This document shows, piece by piece, positions 27,461 to 38,324 of a DNA stretch of 64,000 bases. The stretch lies in assembly GCA_963739915.1 (NCBI GenBank), contig CAVUCF010000027.1, forward strand, positions 6,017-70,016. Reading direction: 5' to 3'. The notes below the pieces were generated by a model that worked only from the letters and a program-made list of their open reading frames with translations, was not told where the DNA came from and made no database searches. The stretch comes from an uncultured Ignavibacteriaceae bacterium. GTDB lineage: Bacteria > Bacteroidota > Ignavibacteria > Ignavibacteriales > Ignavibacteriaceae. The number at the start of each line of letters is the position of its first letter. The stretch's first letter is position 1. The position numbers and the translations under genes are program-made.

Positions 27461-29228
27461 CTAAAGTAATTTTATATGCAATTCTTTCAACTGTTCTTCA
27501 CTTACAGAGGATGGACATTCATCCATTAAAGACATTGCACTTGCTGTTTTAGGAAAGGCAATGGTATCTCTAATCGATTCAACTCCAGCAAATAACATTA
27601 TCATTCTATCAAAACCAAACGCAATTCCGCCATGAGGTGGAGCACCATATTTGAAAGCGTTCATCAGAAAATCCGAATTTTTGTTGGGCTTCTTCTTCAT
27701 TAATTCCAAGCGCTTTGAACATTCTTGCCTGAAGTTCAGAATTGTGAATTCGTATACTGCCTCCTGCTATTTCACTGCCGTTTAGCACAAGATCATATGC
27801 CTGTGCTTTAATTTTACCGGGATCTTTTTCAAGCAAGTCGACATCTTCCATCTTTGGTGAGGTGAAAGGATGATGCATAGCATAAAATCTATTTGTTTCT
27901 TTATCATATTCAAACAAAGGAAAATCTGTTACCCATAATAGTGACGGAGGTGTTTCAGATTTTATTAGTTCTAACCTTTTTGCTAACTCCAATCTCAATG
28001 AACCCATCTGATTAAGTGTTGAATTTCTCTCGCCGGCAAGAATGAGAATTAAATCATTTGGTTTAGCTTTAAGTTCCGATACAAGGTTTTCCTTTTCATC
28101 ATCACTTAAAAATTTTGCAGTCGGTGAGTCAATTCCCTTTTCCAGGACTTTAAACCACACCATTCCTTTAGCGCCGAGTTTTTTCACTAAATCAGTCAGC
28201 CCATCAATTTGGTTTCTGCTGAAAGAAGCACAGTTTGGTGCAACCAAACCGGTAACAATACCAGAAGAATCTACAACATCTCTGAACACTTTAAACTCTG
28301 ATTTGCTGAAAATTTCATTTAATGTGTGAAGCTTCATCCCAAACCTTAAGTCTGGTTTATCGCTTCCATATTCAGTTATAGCTTCTTCGTAAGAGAGTCG
28401 TTTTAACGGTAGTATTAAATCAATATTCCAAATTTCTTTAAAAAGGGTTTTCATCAATCCCTCAACAATTGAAAAAACTTCTTCTTTGGTGATGAAAGAC
28501 ATTTCAACATCGATTTGAGTAAACTCGGGTTGGCGATCCGCTCGTAAATCTTCATCCCGAAAACATTTTACAATCTGGAAATAACGATCGAATCCCGATA
28601 CCATTAGCAGTTGTTTATATTGTTGCGGTGATTGTGGAAGTGCGTAGAACTTTCCTTTGTGAACTCTACTTGGCACAAGATAATCACGCGCACCTTCGGG
28701 GGTGCTTTTCATCAACACTGGAGTTTCTATTTCAACAAAATTATTTTCATCAAAATATTTTCGAACCATCTGATACATCTTATGTCGCAACAGTAAAACT
28801 TTTTGTAATGCTGGTCTTCGTAAATCCAGATATCGGTATTTTAATCTCAAATCTTCAAAAGCATCAGTTTCATCTTTGATAGCAAAAGGAGGCGTTTCAG
28901 CTTCATTAAGAATAATCAACTGATCAGCAAGAACATCAATCTTCCCTGTTTCCAAATCCTTATTGATCGCATCTTCTGGTCTCTTCCTTACTATTCCTTG
29001 AATTGATACTACGAATTCGCTTCTTAATTTCTTTGAAAGCTCATATGCATCTTTATTTATATCCGGTTCAAATACTACCTGGGAAATTCCATATCGATCC
29101 CTCAACCAGATAAATATTAGTCCGCCAAGGTCTCTTCTTCTATCAACCCAACCGTTGAGAACTACTCTTTTGCCAACATATTTTTCTCTTAATTCACCGC
29201 AGGTATGTGTGCGAATGCTAAAGCTCAT
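27461..29228 (-). pseudogene. aspS: aspartyl-tRNA synthetase, split by one homopolymer frameshift at 27668-27671
   Basis: Class II motifs FQIVKCFRDEDLRADRQPEFTQID and [13 protein letters not shown]. The T4 run on the coding strand (A4 on the plus strand) should be T3, which restores ...[20 protein letters not shown]. Confidence 0.9.
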
Positions 29229-29388
29229 AATTACTTTTTCTCCAATAACCGATTGTTAAGAGCGAAAATTAATCATTCCGTTTGGGGCAAGCAAATAGCA
29301 ATTTCGAACATTACCCAGTTTAATAAATTACCAGGTTAAGATTTCCTTTTGACTTCACTAAAAATTCATTTCTTTGTAAGTTTCATTA

Positions 29389-30695
29389 ATGAACACTGTA
29401 GAATTGATAAAAAAGAAGCGGGATGGAAAATCTTTTAGTACTGATGAAATAAAATTTTTAATCAATCATTTTACCAGGGGAGATATTCCCGACTACCAGT
29501 TCTCTGCCCTTCTGATGGCGATCTTTCTGAAAGGAATGAACGATTCTGAAACTGCTGCATTAACCAATTCAATGCTTAACAGCGGGAAGATTATCAATCT
29601 TTCTTCATTAGTGGGTCATAAAGTTGATAAACATTCTACTGGTGGTGTTGGAGATAAAACATCATTAATTATTGCGCCAATAGTTGCTTCTGCCGGAATT
29701 TATGTGCCGATGATTTCTGGAAGAGGGCTTGGACATACTGGAGGAACACTTGATAAACTTGAATCAATTCCGGGCTTTAGAACAGATCTGAGTTTATCTG
29801 AATCAATGAAAGTCTTGAAAAAATGTGGGGCAGTATTAATCGGACAGACAAAAGAAATTGCACCGGCGGATAAACTTATTTACTCACTCAGAGATGTAAC
29901 GGCAACTGTGGAATCAATTCCGCTTATCACAGCCAGCATAATGAGCAAAAAGCTTGCAGAGGGAATTGGGGGGCTTGTGCTTGATATTAAAACCGGCAGC
30001 GGCGCCTTTATGAAAAGCCAGAGGGATTCAATCAGTCTTGCCAACTCATTGATTAAAACCACCAAATCATTTGACAAAGAAGTAATTGCATTTATCACAG
30101 ATATGAATCAGCCATTAGGAAATTATATTGGTAACTGGCTGGAAGTTTATGAATCGATCCGGGTTCTCAACGGAGAGGTTCAAAATGATTTATATACTTT
30201 ATCTATAAAACTTTCGGGGGCAATGATTTATCTTGGTAAGAAAGCAAAATCTATTCAAGAGGGTGAGCATATTGCCAAACTTAAAATTGAAAATGGTGAG
30301 GCTTTCAAAAAATTTTTAGAGATTGTGGAACTCCAGGGTGGAGATGTGAACTTCATTATTAACCCTGAAAGATATCCAAAGTCTAAATATTCAAGGAAAG
30401 TTCGCTCAGATAAATCCGGTTTTGTTAAAGAAATGAACACTTATCAAATTGGAATTGCCTCACTGGAATTAGGTGCGGGTCGAAGAATCAAAGAAGACCG
30501 AATAGACCACAAATCAGGAATTGTTCTTTACAAAAAGATCGGTGATTATTTGAGTAAGAATGAAATCATTTGTGAGCTATCATTCGGATTCCAGAAGCTA
30601 AAATAAAATTAGCTGAGCAAATGATAATCGATTCAATATCGCTTTCTAAGATAAAACCATCAATACCAAAACTTATTAAAAAAGTTATTTGTTGA
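29389..30695 (+). pseudogene. thymidine / pyrimidine-nucleoside phosphorylase, C-terminal frameshift near 30575-30590
   Basis: DKHSTGGVGDK, SGRGLGHTGGTLDKLE. The tracked ORF stops at 30606. Another frame continues as ...PEAKIKLAEQMIIDSISLSKIKPSIPKLIKKVIC* to 30695, matching the usual length of about 435 aa. Confidence 0.8.
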
Positions 30696-30750
30696 TTAAT
30701 GATTGATAAAACTTAATTTTTAAAACAATTAAATATAGGAGAGGATTAAT

Positions 30751-31632
30751 ATGTTGTTCATTATAGCCGTTCTTGCTGCAATAGTTGCTTTCTTCATCTA
30801 TCGAAATGCTAAAAAAAGATTTCTAAAAAATGAAGCCACATTTTCGATGATAGGTTTTTTTGTTGCATTGTTCATTGCACTCCTACAATGCTTCACTATT
30901 ATTCCGGCAGGGTTTGCCGGCGTTATTGATATGTTTGGATCAGTAAGCGATAATACGCTAAAACCTGGAGTGAATTTTGTAAATCCAATTGCTAACGTGG
31001 TTAAGTTTGATACCAGGAAGCAGGAGTTAAAAGAAAGTATGAATGTACCTTCAAAGGAAGGATTAAGTATTGATCTGGAATTGAGTTTAATCTTCCGTTT
31101 AAGTATGGATAAGGTAAATGAGATTTATAAAACGGCTGGAGACTATGAAGAATATCTTCAAAAAATCGTAACGCCAAACTTTAGATCTGTTGTTCGCGGA
31201 GTTACAACCAAGTATGAGGCTAAAGCTCTTTATACTGCAGAACGTGAAAAACTTGAGAGTGAAATAAAGTCTAAACTTTCTGAAGTGCCTGAAATGAAAG
31301 AGGCGATTGTTCTTTCAACTCCATTAAGGCAAATTACTCTTCCTCTGGGATTAAAAAATGCAATTGAGGATAAGTTAAAATCCGAGCAGGAAAGTCAGAG
31401 AATGCAATTTATTCTTGAAAAAGAAATGCAGGAAGCCGAGCGTAAACGCATTGAAGCAAAAGGTATTGCTGATTTTCAGGATATTGTTTCAAGAGGAATA
31501 AGTGAACAGCTTCTTAAGTGGAAAGGAATTGAAGCAACCGAAAAACTTGCAAATTCGCCAAATACAAAGGTTGTTATAATCGGTTCACCAAAAGATGGGC
31601 TTCCAATAATACTTGGATCTGATAAGCAATAA
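30751..31632 (+). CDS. SPFH/band-7 (prohibitin-family) membrane protein
   Basis: Two N-terminal TM helices, an SPFH core and a coiled-coil tail (EQESQRMQFILEKEMQEAERKRIEAKGIA). Confidence 0.85.
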   Translation: MLFIIAVLAAIVAFFIYRNAKKRFLKNEATFSMIGFFVALFIALLQCFTIIPAGFAGVIDMFGSVSDNTLKPGVNFVNPIANVVKFDTRKQELKESMNVPSKEGLSIDLELSLIFRLSMDKVNEIYKTAGDYEEYLQKIVTPNFRSVVRGVTTKYEAKALYTAEREKLESEIKSKLSEVPEMKEAIVLSTPLRQITLPLGLKNAIEDKLKSEQESQRMQFILEKEMQEAERKRIEAKGIADFQDIVSRGISEQLLKWKGIEATEKLANSPNTKVVIIGSPKDGLPIILGSDKQ

Positions 31633-31717
31633 TGTTGACTGACAATTCTTACTTTGTTCAGATTGATATACTATTCGTATTTTTGAACTCACAAGTCAGA
31701 AAAACGAATAGATCAAA

Positions 31718-32543
31718 ATGATACCAAGCATACATACTATTAATATCATTATTACCAATCCTCTATTTTGCGACACTGGTAGTATATTTCTACGACTTCT
31801 TGAAGGGTGAAAAGAAATTTGTAAATATCAAAAGAGTTTTTTTATTTATCACCCTTTTCCTCCATTTAATTTATATCGTACTTCGCACTATCGCTTTTGA
31901 TCATCCTCCGATAACTAACGTTTTTGAAATTTTTACAATTCTCGCAATAACAATCAGCTTTTCCTATTTTCTTGTTGAATTAGTTTCTGATATAAGAGGA
32001 ACGGGACCTTTTATTATTATTCTCTCCTTAATCTTCCAATTAATCTCTTCACTTTTTATCCAGGATCTAACTGAGGTTAAAGAAGTCCTTAGAAGTAACC
32101 TTCTCGGTTCTCATGTTATAAGCGCGCTGCTTGGTTATTCTGGCTTCACAATTTCGGCAGTATATGGATTTCTTTATTTGGTGTTATATAAAGATATCAA
32201 ACTCAACAAGTTTGGATTGATTTTCAATCGTCTCCCAAATCTTGAAGTGCTTGAGAGACTAAGTCTTTACTCAGCAATCATTGGTTTTATTGCTCTTACC
32301 ATCGCAATAATAATTGGTATTATTTGGTTGCCCGTAGCGTTTCCCCGTTTCTCTTACCTGGATCCGAAATTAATCGGCTCAACTTTGGTATGGCTGCTTT
32401 ATGCCATTGGTATAACGAGTAAAGTGCTCGGTAATTGGAGAGGGAAAAGGTTGGTTATATTATCAATAACCGGTTTTGTGGTCGCAATCATTTCAACTAT
32501 TCTTTCAAACTTTTTAGCCCAGAGCTTTCATTCTTTCTATTAA
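31718..32543 (+). pseudogene. cytochrome c assembly family membrane protein (CcsA/HemX-like), probable N-terminal frameshift near 31745-31755
   Basis: Polytopic membrane protein directly upstream of hemA. ATG 31718 (MIPSIHTINII...) is in frame 2 and runs into frame 3 (...LLPILYFATLVVYFYDFLKGEKK...), which otherwise has only a TTG at 31800. Confidence 0.55.
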
Positions 32544-32549
32544 GATTTT

Positions 32550-33833
32550 ATGAATTTAATTGCGATATCAATAAATCACAGAACTGCCCCAGTTGAAGTA
32601 AGAGAAGCAGTTTATCTTAAAGAGGATGAGATTCGTCCGTTCATTATTCTTGCAAAAGAAAACCAAATTAAGGAAGGATTGATTTTATCGACGTGTAACC
32701 GAACCGAAATATTTGGTATTCCAACCACAAGTGAATCATCTCACGAGAACTTTCAAAACCTTTTGCTAAACTTCAAACAATCAAAAAACATTACTGAGAA
32801 GCATTTTCAAAAATTTGTTTCGAGAGATGCAATTAAACATTTGTTCAGCGTTGCCACAGGAATTGATTCTCTTCTCGTAGGCGATAACCAGGTTTTCAAA
32901 CAGGTAAAAGATTCTTTTCAAATTGCAGAGGAGTCAAATTTTACCGGTTATATTATGCACAGAATTTTTGACGCAGCAATTAGAACCGGCAAAAGAGCAA
33001 TTTCAGAAACTTCAATAAGTGAAGGCGCTGTAACTGTCAGTTACGCCGCAGTTCAGTTAACTGAAAAAATATTTTCAAACCTGAGTAAAAAATCAGCACT
33101 TGTAATCGGAACTGGAGAAACTGGCGAAATTGCTGCAAAACATCTTTCTGAAAAAGGAATTGGCAGCCTTGCTGTTACAAACAGAACTCAGGAAAAGGCT
33201 GATAAGCTTGCTCAAAAACTGAATGCGAAAGTAATTCCGTTCTCAGAATTCAGAGATTCGATTTACAAGTTTGATATAATAATAAGTGCAACTGCTTCGC
33301 CGGAAATTCTTGTTAGAAAAGATGATATTAAAAATGCGCTGAAGAAGCGAAGTAACAACCCGATGATACTGATGGATATTGCCGTTCCGCGCGACATTGA
33401 TCCTGAGACAAAAAAAATTGATTATGTGTTTTATCACGATCTCGATTCACTAAATATTATAGTTGAACAGAACCTTTCCAAAAGAAAATCAGAAATTCCA
33501 AAAGTAGAAAAAATAATTGAAGAAGAGCTCGAGAACTTGTGGGAATGGTACAATTCGCTTCAGGCAGCTCCGGCAATAAAAGATTTAAGAGATTTTTTCG
33601 AAGAGATTAGAAACGAAGAAGTAGAAAAGAACAAAAATAAATTTTCATCTGAAGACCAAGAGAAGCTTGATATTGTTACTAAGCGTATCATCAACAAAAT
33701 CCTCCACCATCCAACAATAGAATTACGAAAAGCAGATGAAGCTTCAACTGGTGCAGTTGATTCTTCAACAAAAATTGGAATCATACGAGATCTTTTTGGA
33801 ATCAACTCCGGAAATAAATCAGAGAAAGATTAG
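32550..33833 (+). CDS. hemA: glutamyl-tRNA reductase
   Basis: Catalytic motif LSTCNRTEIFG, the NADPH-binding site VIGTGETGE and a C-terminal dimerisation helix. Confidence 0.95.
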   Translation: MNLIAISINHRTAPVEVREAVYLKEDEIRPFIILAKENQIKEGLILSTCNRTEIFGIPTTSESSHENFQNLLLNFKQSKNITEKHFQKFVSRDAIKHLFSVATGIDSLLVGDNQVFKQVKDSFQIAEESNFTGYIMHRIFDAAIRTGKRAISETSISEGAVTVSYAAVQLTEKIFSNLSKKSALVIGTGETGEIAAKHLSEKGIGSLAVTNRTQEKADKLAQKLNAKVIPFSEFRDSIYKFDIIISATASPEILVRKDDIKNALKKRSNNPMILMDIAVPRDIDPETKKIDYVFYHDLDSLNIIVEQNLSKRKSEIPKVEKIIEEELENLWEWYNSLQAAPAIKDLRDFFEEIRNEEVEKNKNKFSSEDQEKLDIVTKRIINKILHHPTIELRKADEASTGAVDSSTKIGIIRDLFGINSGNKSEKD

Positions 33834-33842
33834 GGCAAGATT

Positions 33843-34797
33843 TTGAAACAAAAAGTAATTATAGGCTCAAGAGGAAGTGAACTTGCACTCTGGCAGGCAA
33901 ACTTCGTGAAGAGGGAACTTGAAAAGAAAAACAAAAGTATTTCTGTGGAAATAAAGATCATCAAAACCAAGGGAGATAAAATACTTGATGTTGCTCTTTC
34001 CAAAATTGGTGATAAAAGTTTGTTCACCAAGGAATTGGAAATCGAACTTCTCAACAAAAAAATTGATCTTGCAGTACACAGTCTGAAAGATCTGCAAACA
34101 GAAATTCCCAAGGGCTTAAAACTCGCTGCAGTAACAAAAAGGCACAATGTTCATGACGTGCTTATTGCGAGGAAAAAAGGAACAACAATTTTAAATTTGC
34201 CTGATGGTGCAACGGTTGCAACAGGATCGTTAAGAAGGATCATTAAGAAGAAATGCCAGCTATTGCATATTAGACCAGATTTAAATCTTGTCGAACTCAG
34301 AGGAAATGTTCCATCAAGGATAAAAAAGTTTTTAGAATCTGATTGGGATGCAATAATTCTTGCAAGAGCCGGCGTTGAAAGATTAAAACTGAACAAGCAC
34401 ATCTCATCAATAATAAAAACAGATGTAATGCTTCCTGCAGTTGGGCAAGGTGCACTTAGGAATTGAAACAAGAGCCGATAATAAACTTGTAAATGATATT
34501 GTTAAATCAATTCATCACGAAGAAACATACAAAGAAGTATTGGCTGAACGCGCTTTATTAAAAACACTTGAGGGCGGCTGCCAGGTTCCTATTGGTGCAT
34601 TCGCAGAAATAAAGCCGAACGGACTATTCATCGATGCATTAGTTGGTTCGCTTGACGGGGGTTTAACTTTCCGTAAAAAAAATCGTGGAAGTAAAAAGAA
34701 TCCCGAGGAAGTCGGCAGAAAACTGGCAAATGATTTATTGAAAGCTGGAGCCAAAATTATTCTGGACGAAATTTACAGAACAGCGAGGGCTAAATGA
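33843..34797 (+). pseudogene. hemC: hydroxymethylbilane synthase (porphobilinogen deaminase), one frameshift near 34455-34459
   Basis: IGSRGSELALWQA, KTKGDKILD, and the cofactor Cys in LEGGCQVPIG. Removing one base restores ...MLPAVGQGALGIETRADN. The start codon is TTG. Confidence 0.9.
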
Positions 34798-35418
34798 CGA
34801 ACAAATCAATCTTTAAAATTTCAATGTTTCTTTCTGCATTAATAATTTTAATAAGCATTACTATTTTAACCTCCTGTAAGTGCAGAGCTTGTGAGGATAA
34901 GGAAGAAGGTTCGGTTCCGCTTGAAGTTTTAACAAAAGCAGATTCTTTTATTACCGCTTCAACGGGAAAAGAATTTTTTCAACAGTATATCACACCAGAT
35001 TTCTACAGAACGAAGCACACACCCCCATACTACGAAATGGCTTACAAATTTTTTATGCCTGAAAAACCTTACGTAAATGCAACAATAAAATTTACTGTCG
35101 ATTCTTTGGGAAATGTTGTAAAGAACCGTGATATCGTTGGAATTCCAAGATGCGTAAATTTTCCGGAAGAATGTGATTTCAATATTGATGAACAAACTGC
35201 AAAACAAATTGCAAGCTGATATGGGACTCAAAGAAGGGATAAGAGAATGGGAAGTTGGTTTCCTTTGGGATTTTAAGCTCCAACGGTATGTATGGCGAAT
35301 ACTATCAACATTAACTGAATACAGCAGCGGCGATAACTACAAAGCCACTGGTCAGGAAATGGTAATTGACCCGAACACTGGAGAAGTGCTTGCCTTGAAT
35401 GATTGGAGAGTTAATTAA
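34794..35418 (+). pseudogene. lipoprotein of unknown function (PepSY-like C-terminus), one frameshift near 35175-35215
   Basis: Signal/lipobox ILTSC. ORFs 34794-35219 and 35173-35418 join as ...NIDEQTAKQIA..MGLKEGIREWEVGF...MVIDPNTGEVLALNDW. ATGA overlap with the hemC stop. Confidence 0.6.
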
Positions 35419-35427
35419 TTAACTGCA

Positions 35428-36834
35428 ATGTTAAAAGAAAAGCGTGAAATAAAACGAGAAAGGAAAAGAGAAAAAATTCTCGAAGCTGCAGCTGAACTTT
35501 TTTCCACCAAACATTACCACGAAGTGATGATGGATGACGTTGCGAAATTAATTTCTGTTGCCAAAGGAACCGTCTATAATTATTTCACTTCCAAGGAAGA
35601 GCTTTACTTTACGATAATGCATACGCGGATGGAGAATCTTCTTTCACTTCTAAAGCAAAAAATAGAATCCGAACATAGCAGTATTGATTCGCTTCGTGCT
35701 TTTGTGATCCATCTCTATATGTTTATGATGAAGCACCGGAAATTTTTTCTTATTTATCAGAGGGAAACTCTCAACAAACAAAATTCATTTTGTGAAGATA
35801 TGCTCTCACTCGAAAAACAGATGAAACAGATGATCATGCAAATTATTTCCAGAGGCGAAAAAGAGGATGTTTTCAGAAAAGTTGATGAGGAATTTGCAAT
35901 CAGTTTAATATTCGGAAGCATTTATGGTGCGGTACAAAGAGGAATAAACGAAGATATTCCTGATGAAACCGCTGCAAAAGAAAAAGAGGAAATATTTGAT
36001 TTCGTTTTACACGGGCTTTATTCCGGCTTCAACAATATTAAAGAGCTTCCGTTGAAAGGCAAAACAATTGTAATCACCAGAACGATTGAACAATCCCGTG
36101 AGTCGGCGGCTGCTTTAACCAATCTTGGTGCAAATGTAATTATAGTCCCTACACTTGAGATTGTTCCTCCGGCTGACTGGAGTAAGTTTGATTCTGTTGT
36201 CGCTCATCCTGACAGAATTGATTTTATAATTTTTACTTCTGTTCATTCGGTGCAAATGTTCGCTAAGAGAATTCAAGAAGTTGGAGCACTAATCAATTAC
36301 AATCAAACAAAAGTAGTCGCTGTTGGAAATAAGACTTCGGCATATTGTCATAAAAATAATATCAGTGTTAACATAGTACCGGAAAAGTTTAGTGCTGAAG
36401 GTGTGATTGAAGCATTATCAAAATATAATATTAAAAATAAAGTTGTTTTTATTCCCCGTTCAGCAATTGGAAGAGAAGAATTACCAATGGGATTGAAAGA
36501 GTTGGGGGCAATCATTAAATCGGTACCGGTTTACAACGTTGCAATTCCTTCCGGTGAGAATTTAAAACCAAGTCTTCAACTATTGGATTCTTCGCACATT
36601 GATCTTTTTATTTTCACAAGCCCTTCAACTTTTGAGAATTTTTTGCAGATTGCCAACATTAAAAATCCATTCCAATACTTCAACCGGTTTGATATTGCTG
36701 CCATTGGTCCTACTACAAAAGAAGCCATTGAATCCAGGAAAGTAAAAGTGAAGATATTACCAGATGAATTCACAATAAACGGTTTAACAAAAAAAATTGT
36801 TGAATACTACAGTAACCACAAGGAGAGAGTTTGA
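35428..36834 (+). CDS. hemD: TetR/AcrR-family regulator fused to uroporphyrinogen-III synthase
   Basis: Residues 1-205 are a complete TetR (HTH VMMDDVAKLISVAKGTVYNYFTSKEELY plus a helical ligand domain). Residues 206-468 are a HemD fold (KTIVITR..., IIFTSVHSV, LFIFTSPST, AAIGPTTKEA). Confidence 0.8.
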   Translation: MLKEKREIKRERKREKILEAAAELFSTKHYHEVMMDDVAKLISVAKGTVYNYFTSKEELYFTIMHTRMENLLSLLKQKIESEHSSIDSLRAFVIHLYMFMMKHRKFFLIYQRETLNKQNSFCEDMLSLEKQMKQMIMQIISRGEKEDVFRKVDEEFAISLIFGSIYGAVQRGINEDIPDETAAKEKEEIFDFVLHGLYSGFNNIKELPLKGKTIVITRTIEQSRESAAALTNLGANVIIVPTLEIVPPADWSKFDSVVAHPDRIDFIIFTSVHSVQMFAKRIQEVGALINYNQTKVVAVGNKTSAYCHKNNISVNIVPEKFSAEGVIEALSKYNIKNKVVFIPRSAIGREELPMGLKELGAIIKSVPVYNVAIPSGENLKPSLQLLDSSHIDLFIFTSPSTFENFLQIANIKNPFQYFNRFDIAAIGPTTKEAIESRKVKVKILPDEFTINGLTKKIVEYYSNHKERV

Positions 36835-37883
36835 AATTACAAAATGATTTAATTATCAGAGCCTGCAAACGTTTACCAACTGAACGTACACCAATATGGA
36901 TAATGCGTCAAGCTGGAAGATATTTGCCGGAATACAGAGCTATTCGTTCAAAGCATGATTTTTTAACAATGTGTAAAACTCCTGAGCTGGCTGCAGAGGT
37001 TACAATTCAGCCAGTAGATATAATTGGAGTTGATGCTGCAATAATTTTTTCTGACATACTCGTCATTCCGGAAGCGATGGGAATGCATCTGGAAATAAAT
37101 GAAGGTAAGGGACCTGTTTTTACCAGCCCAATAAAATCAAAAGATGATGTTGCTAAATTGAAAGATCCGGATCCATCAAAAGATTTGAAGTTTGTTCTGG
37201 ATGCAATTTCATTAACTAAAAAAGAATTGAGTGGAAGAGTTCCGGTAATCGGATTTGCCGGTGCACCGTGGACAATTCTCACTTATATGGTTGAAGGTCA
37301 GGGATCAAAATCTTTTTCGAAAGTTAAAAAGTTAGTTTACGGTAATCCTGAACTTGCACATACTCTACTTGATAAAATTACGAAAGCAACCGCTGCTTAT
37401 TTATCTGCTCAGATTGAATCCGGTGCAAATCTCGTTCAGATATTTGATACTTGGGCTGGAATTCTATCTCCAAGAGATTACCAGATCTTTGCAATGAGAT
37501 ATGTTCATCAACTCATCACCGAAATAAAAAGAAAAGATGAACCGGTAATTTATTTTCCAAAAGGTGTTCATTACCTGATGCACGAACTTAAAGAGATTGG
37601 TGCAGATGCAATCAGTGTTGACTGGACACTTGAGCTTGAAAAAGTCAGAAGAAAAATGGGAGATAAAGTTGCAATCCAGGGAAATCTTGATCCAACTGTT
37701 CTATATGCTGATCCATCATTCATCAAAAGAGAAGCAAGAAAAGTTCTGGAATCATTTGGGAAAGGACACGGTCACATTTTTAATCTTGGGCATGGTATTC
37801 TGCCGGATATTGATCCTGAGAATTTAAAAGTGCTAGTTAATTATGTAAAAGAAGAAAGCGGTCAGTTTCACACTGCCAATTAA
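36831..37883 (+). CDS. hemE: uroporphyrinogen decarboxylase
   Basis: PIWIMRQAGRYLPEYR, IIFSDILVIPEAMG, GFAGAPWT, QIFDTWAG. TTG start overlapping the hemD stop. Confidence 0.95.
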   Translation: MKLQNDLIIRACKRLPTERTPIWIMRQAGRYLPEYRAIRSKHDFLTMCKTPELAAEVTIQPVDIIGVDAAIIFSDILVIPEAMGMHLEINEGKGPVFTSPIKSKDDVAKLKDPDPSKDLKFVLDAISLTKKELSGRVPVIGFAGAPWTILTYMVEGQGSKSFSKVKKLVYGNPELAHTLLDKITKATAAYLSAQIESGANLVQIFDTWAGILSPRDYQIFAMRYVHQLITEIKRKDEPVIYFPKGVHYLMHELKEIGADAISVDWTLELEKVRRKMGDKVAIQGNLDPTVLYADPSFIKREARKVLESFGKGHGHIFNLGHGILPDIDPENLKVLVNYVKEESGQFHTAN

Positions 37884-37919
37884 CAATGAACAATTTATAA
37901 TTAACAATTAGGATGATCG

Positions 37920-38282
37920 ATGAGAAGTGCTGAAAATCCAGTAGTTAAAAAGAGTTTTTCCTTTGCTGTTCGAATTGTTAAATGCTATAAATATTTAGTC
38001 AAAAAAGATAAATACCTCCTCTCTTTATATAATCAATTACTTGATTCGGGGACATCAATAGGTGCAAATATTTCAGAATCACAAGCTGCAGCAAGCAAAG
38101 CAGATTTCAGAAATAAATTAAGGATAAGTTTAAAGGAAGCATACGAAACTGAATTCTGGTTGAAATTATTTTACGAATCAGAAATTCTGGACAAAAAAGA
38201 ATTTGAGAGCCTTTTAAAAGATTGTTTAGAATTAATAAGGCTGTTAACCTCCATTATTAAAAACGTTAAATTGAAGACATAA
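37920..38282 (+). CDS. four-helix-bundle protein ('23S rRNA intervening sequence protein' family)
   Basis: 120 aa, all-helical. The motifs LLDSGTSIGANISESQAA.SKADF..KL.ISLKEA.ET.FWL are typical of this family. Confidence 0.8.
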   Translation: MRSAENPVVKKSFSFAVRIVKCYKYLVKKDKYLLSLYNQLLDSGTSIGANISESQAAASKADFRNKLRISLKEAYETEFWLKLFYESEILDKKEFESLLKDCLELIRLLTSIIKNVKLKT

Positions 38283-38324
38283 TTATTCATTGTTAATTTT
38301 TAATTGTTAATTTCTGGAACAGAC

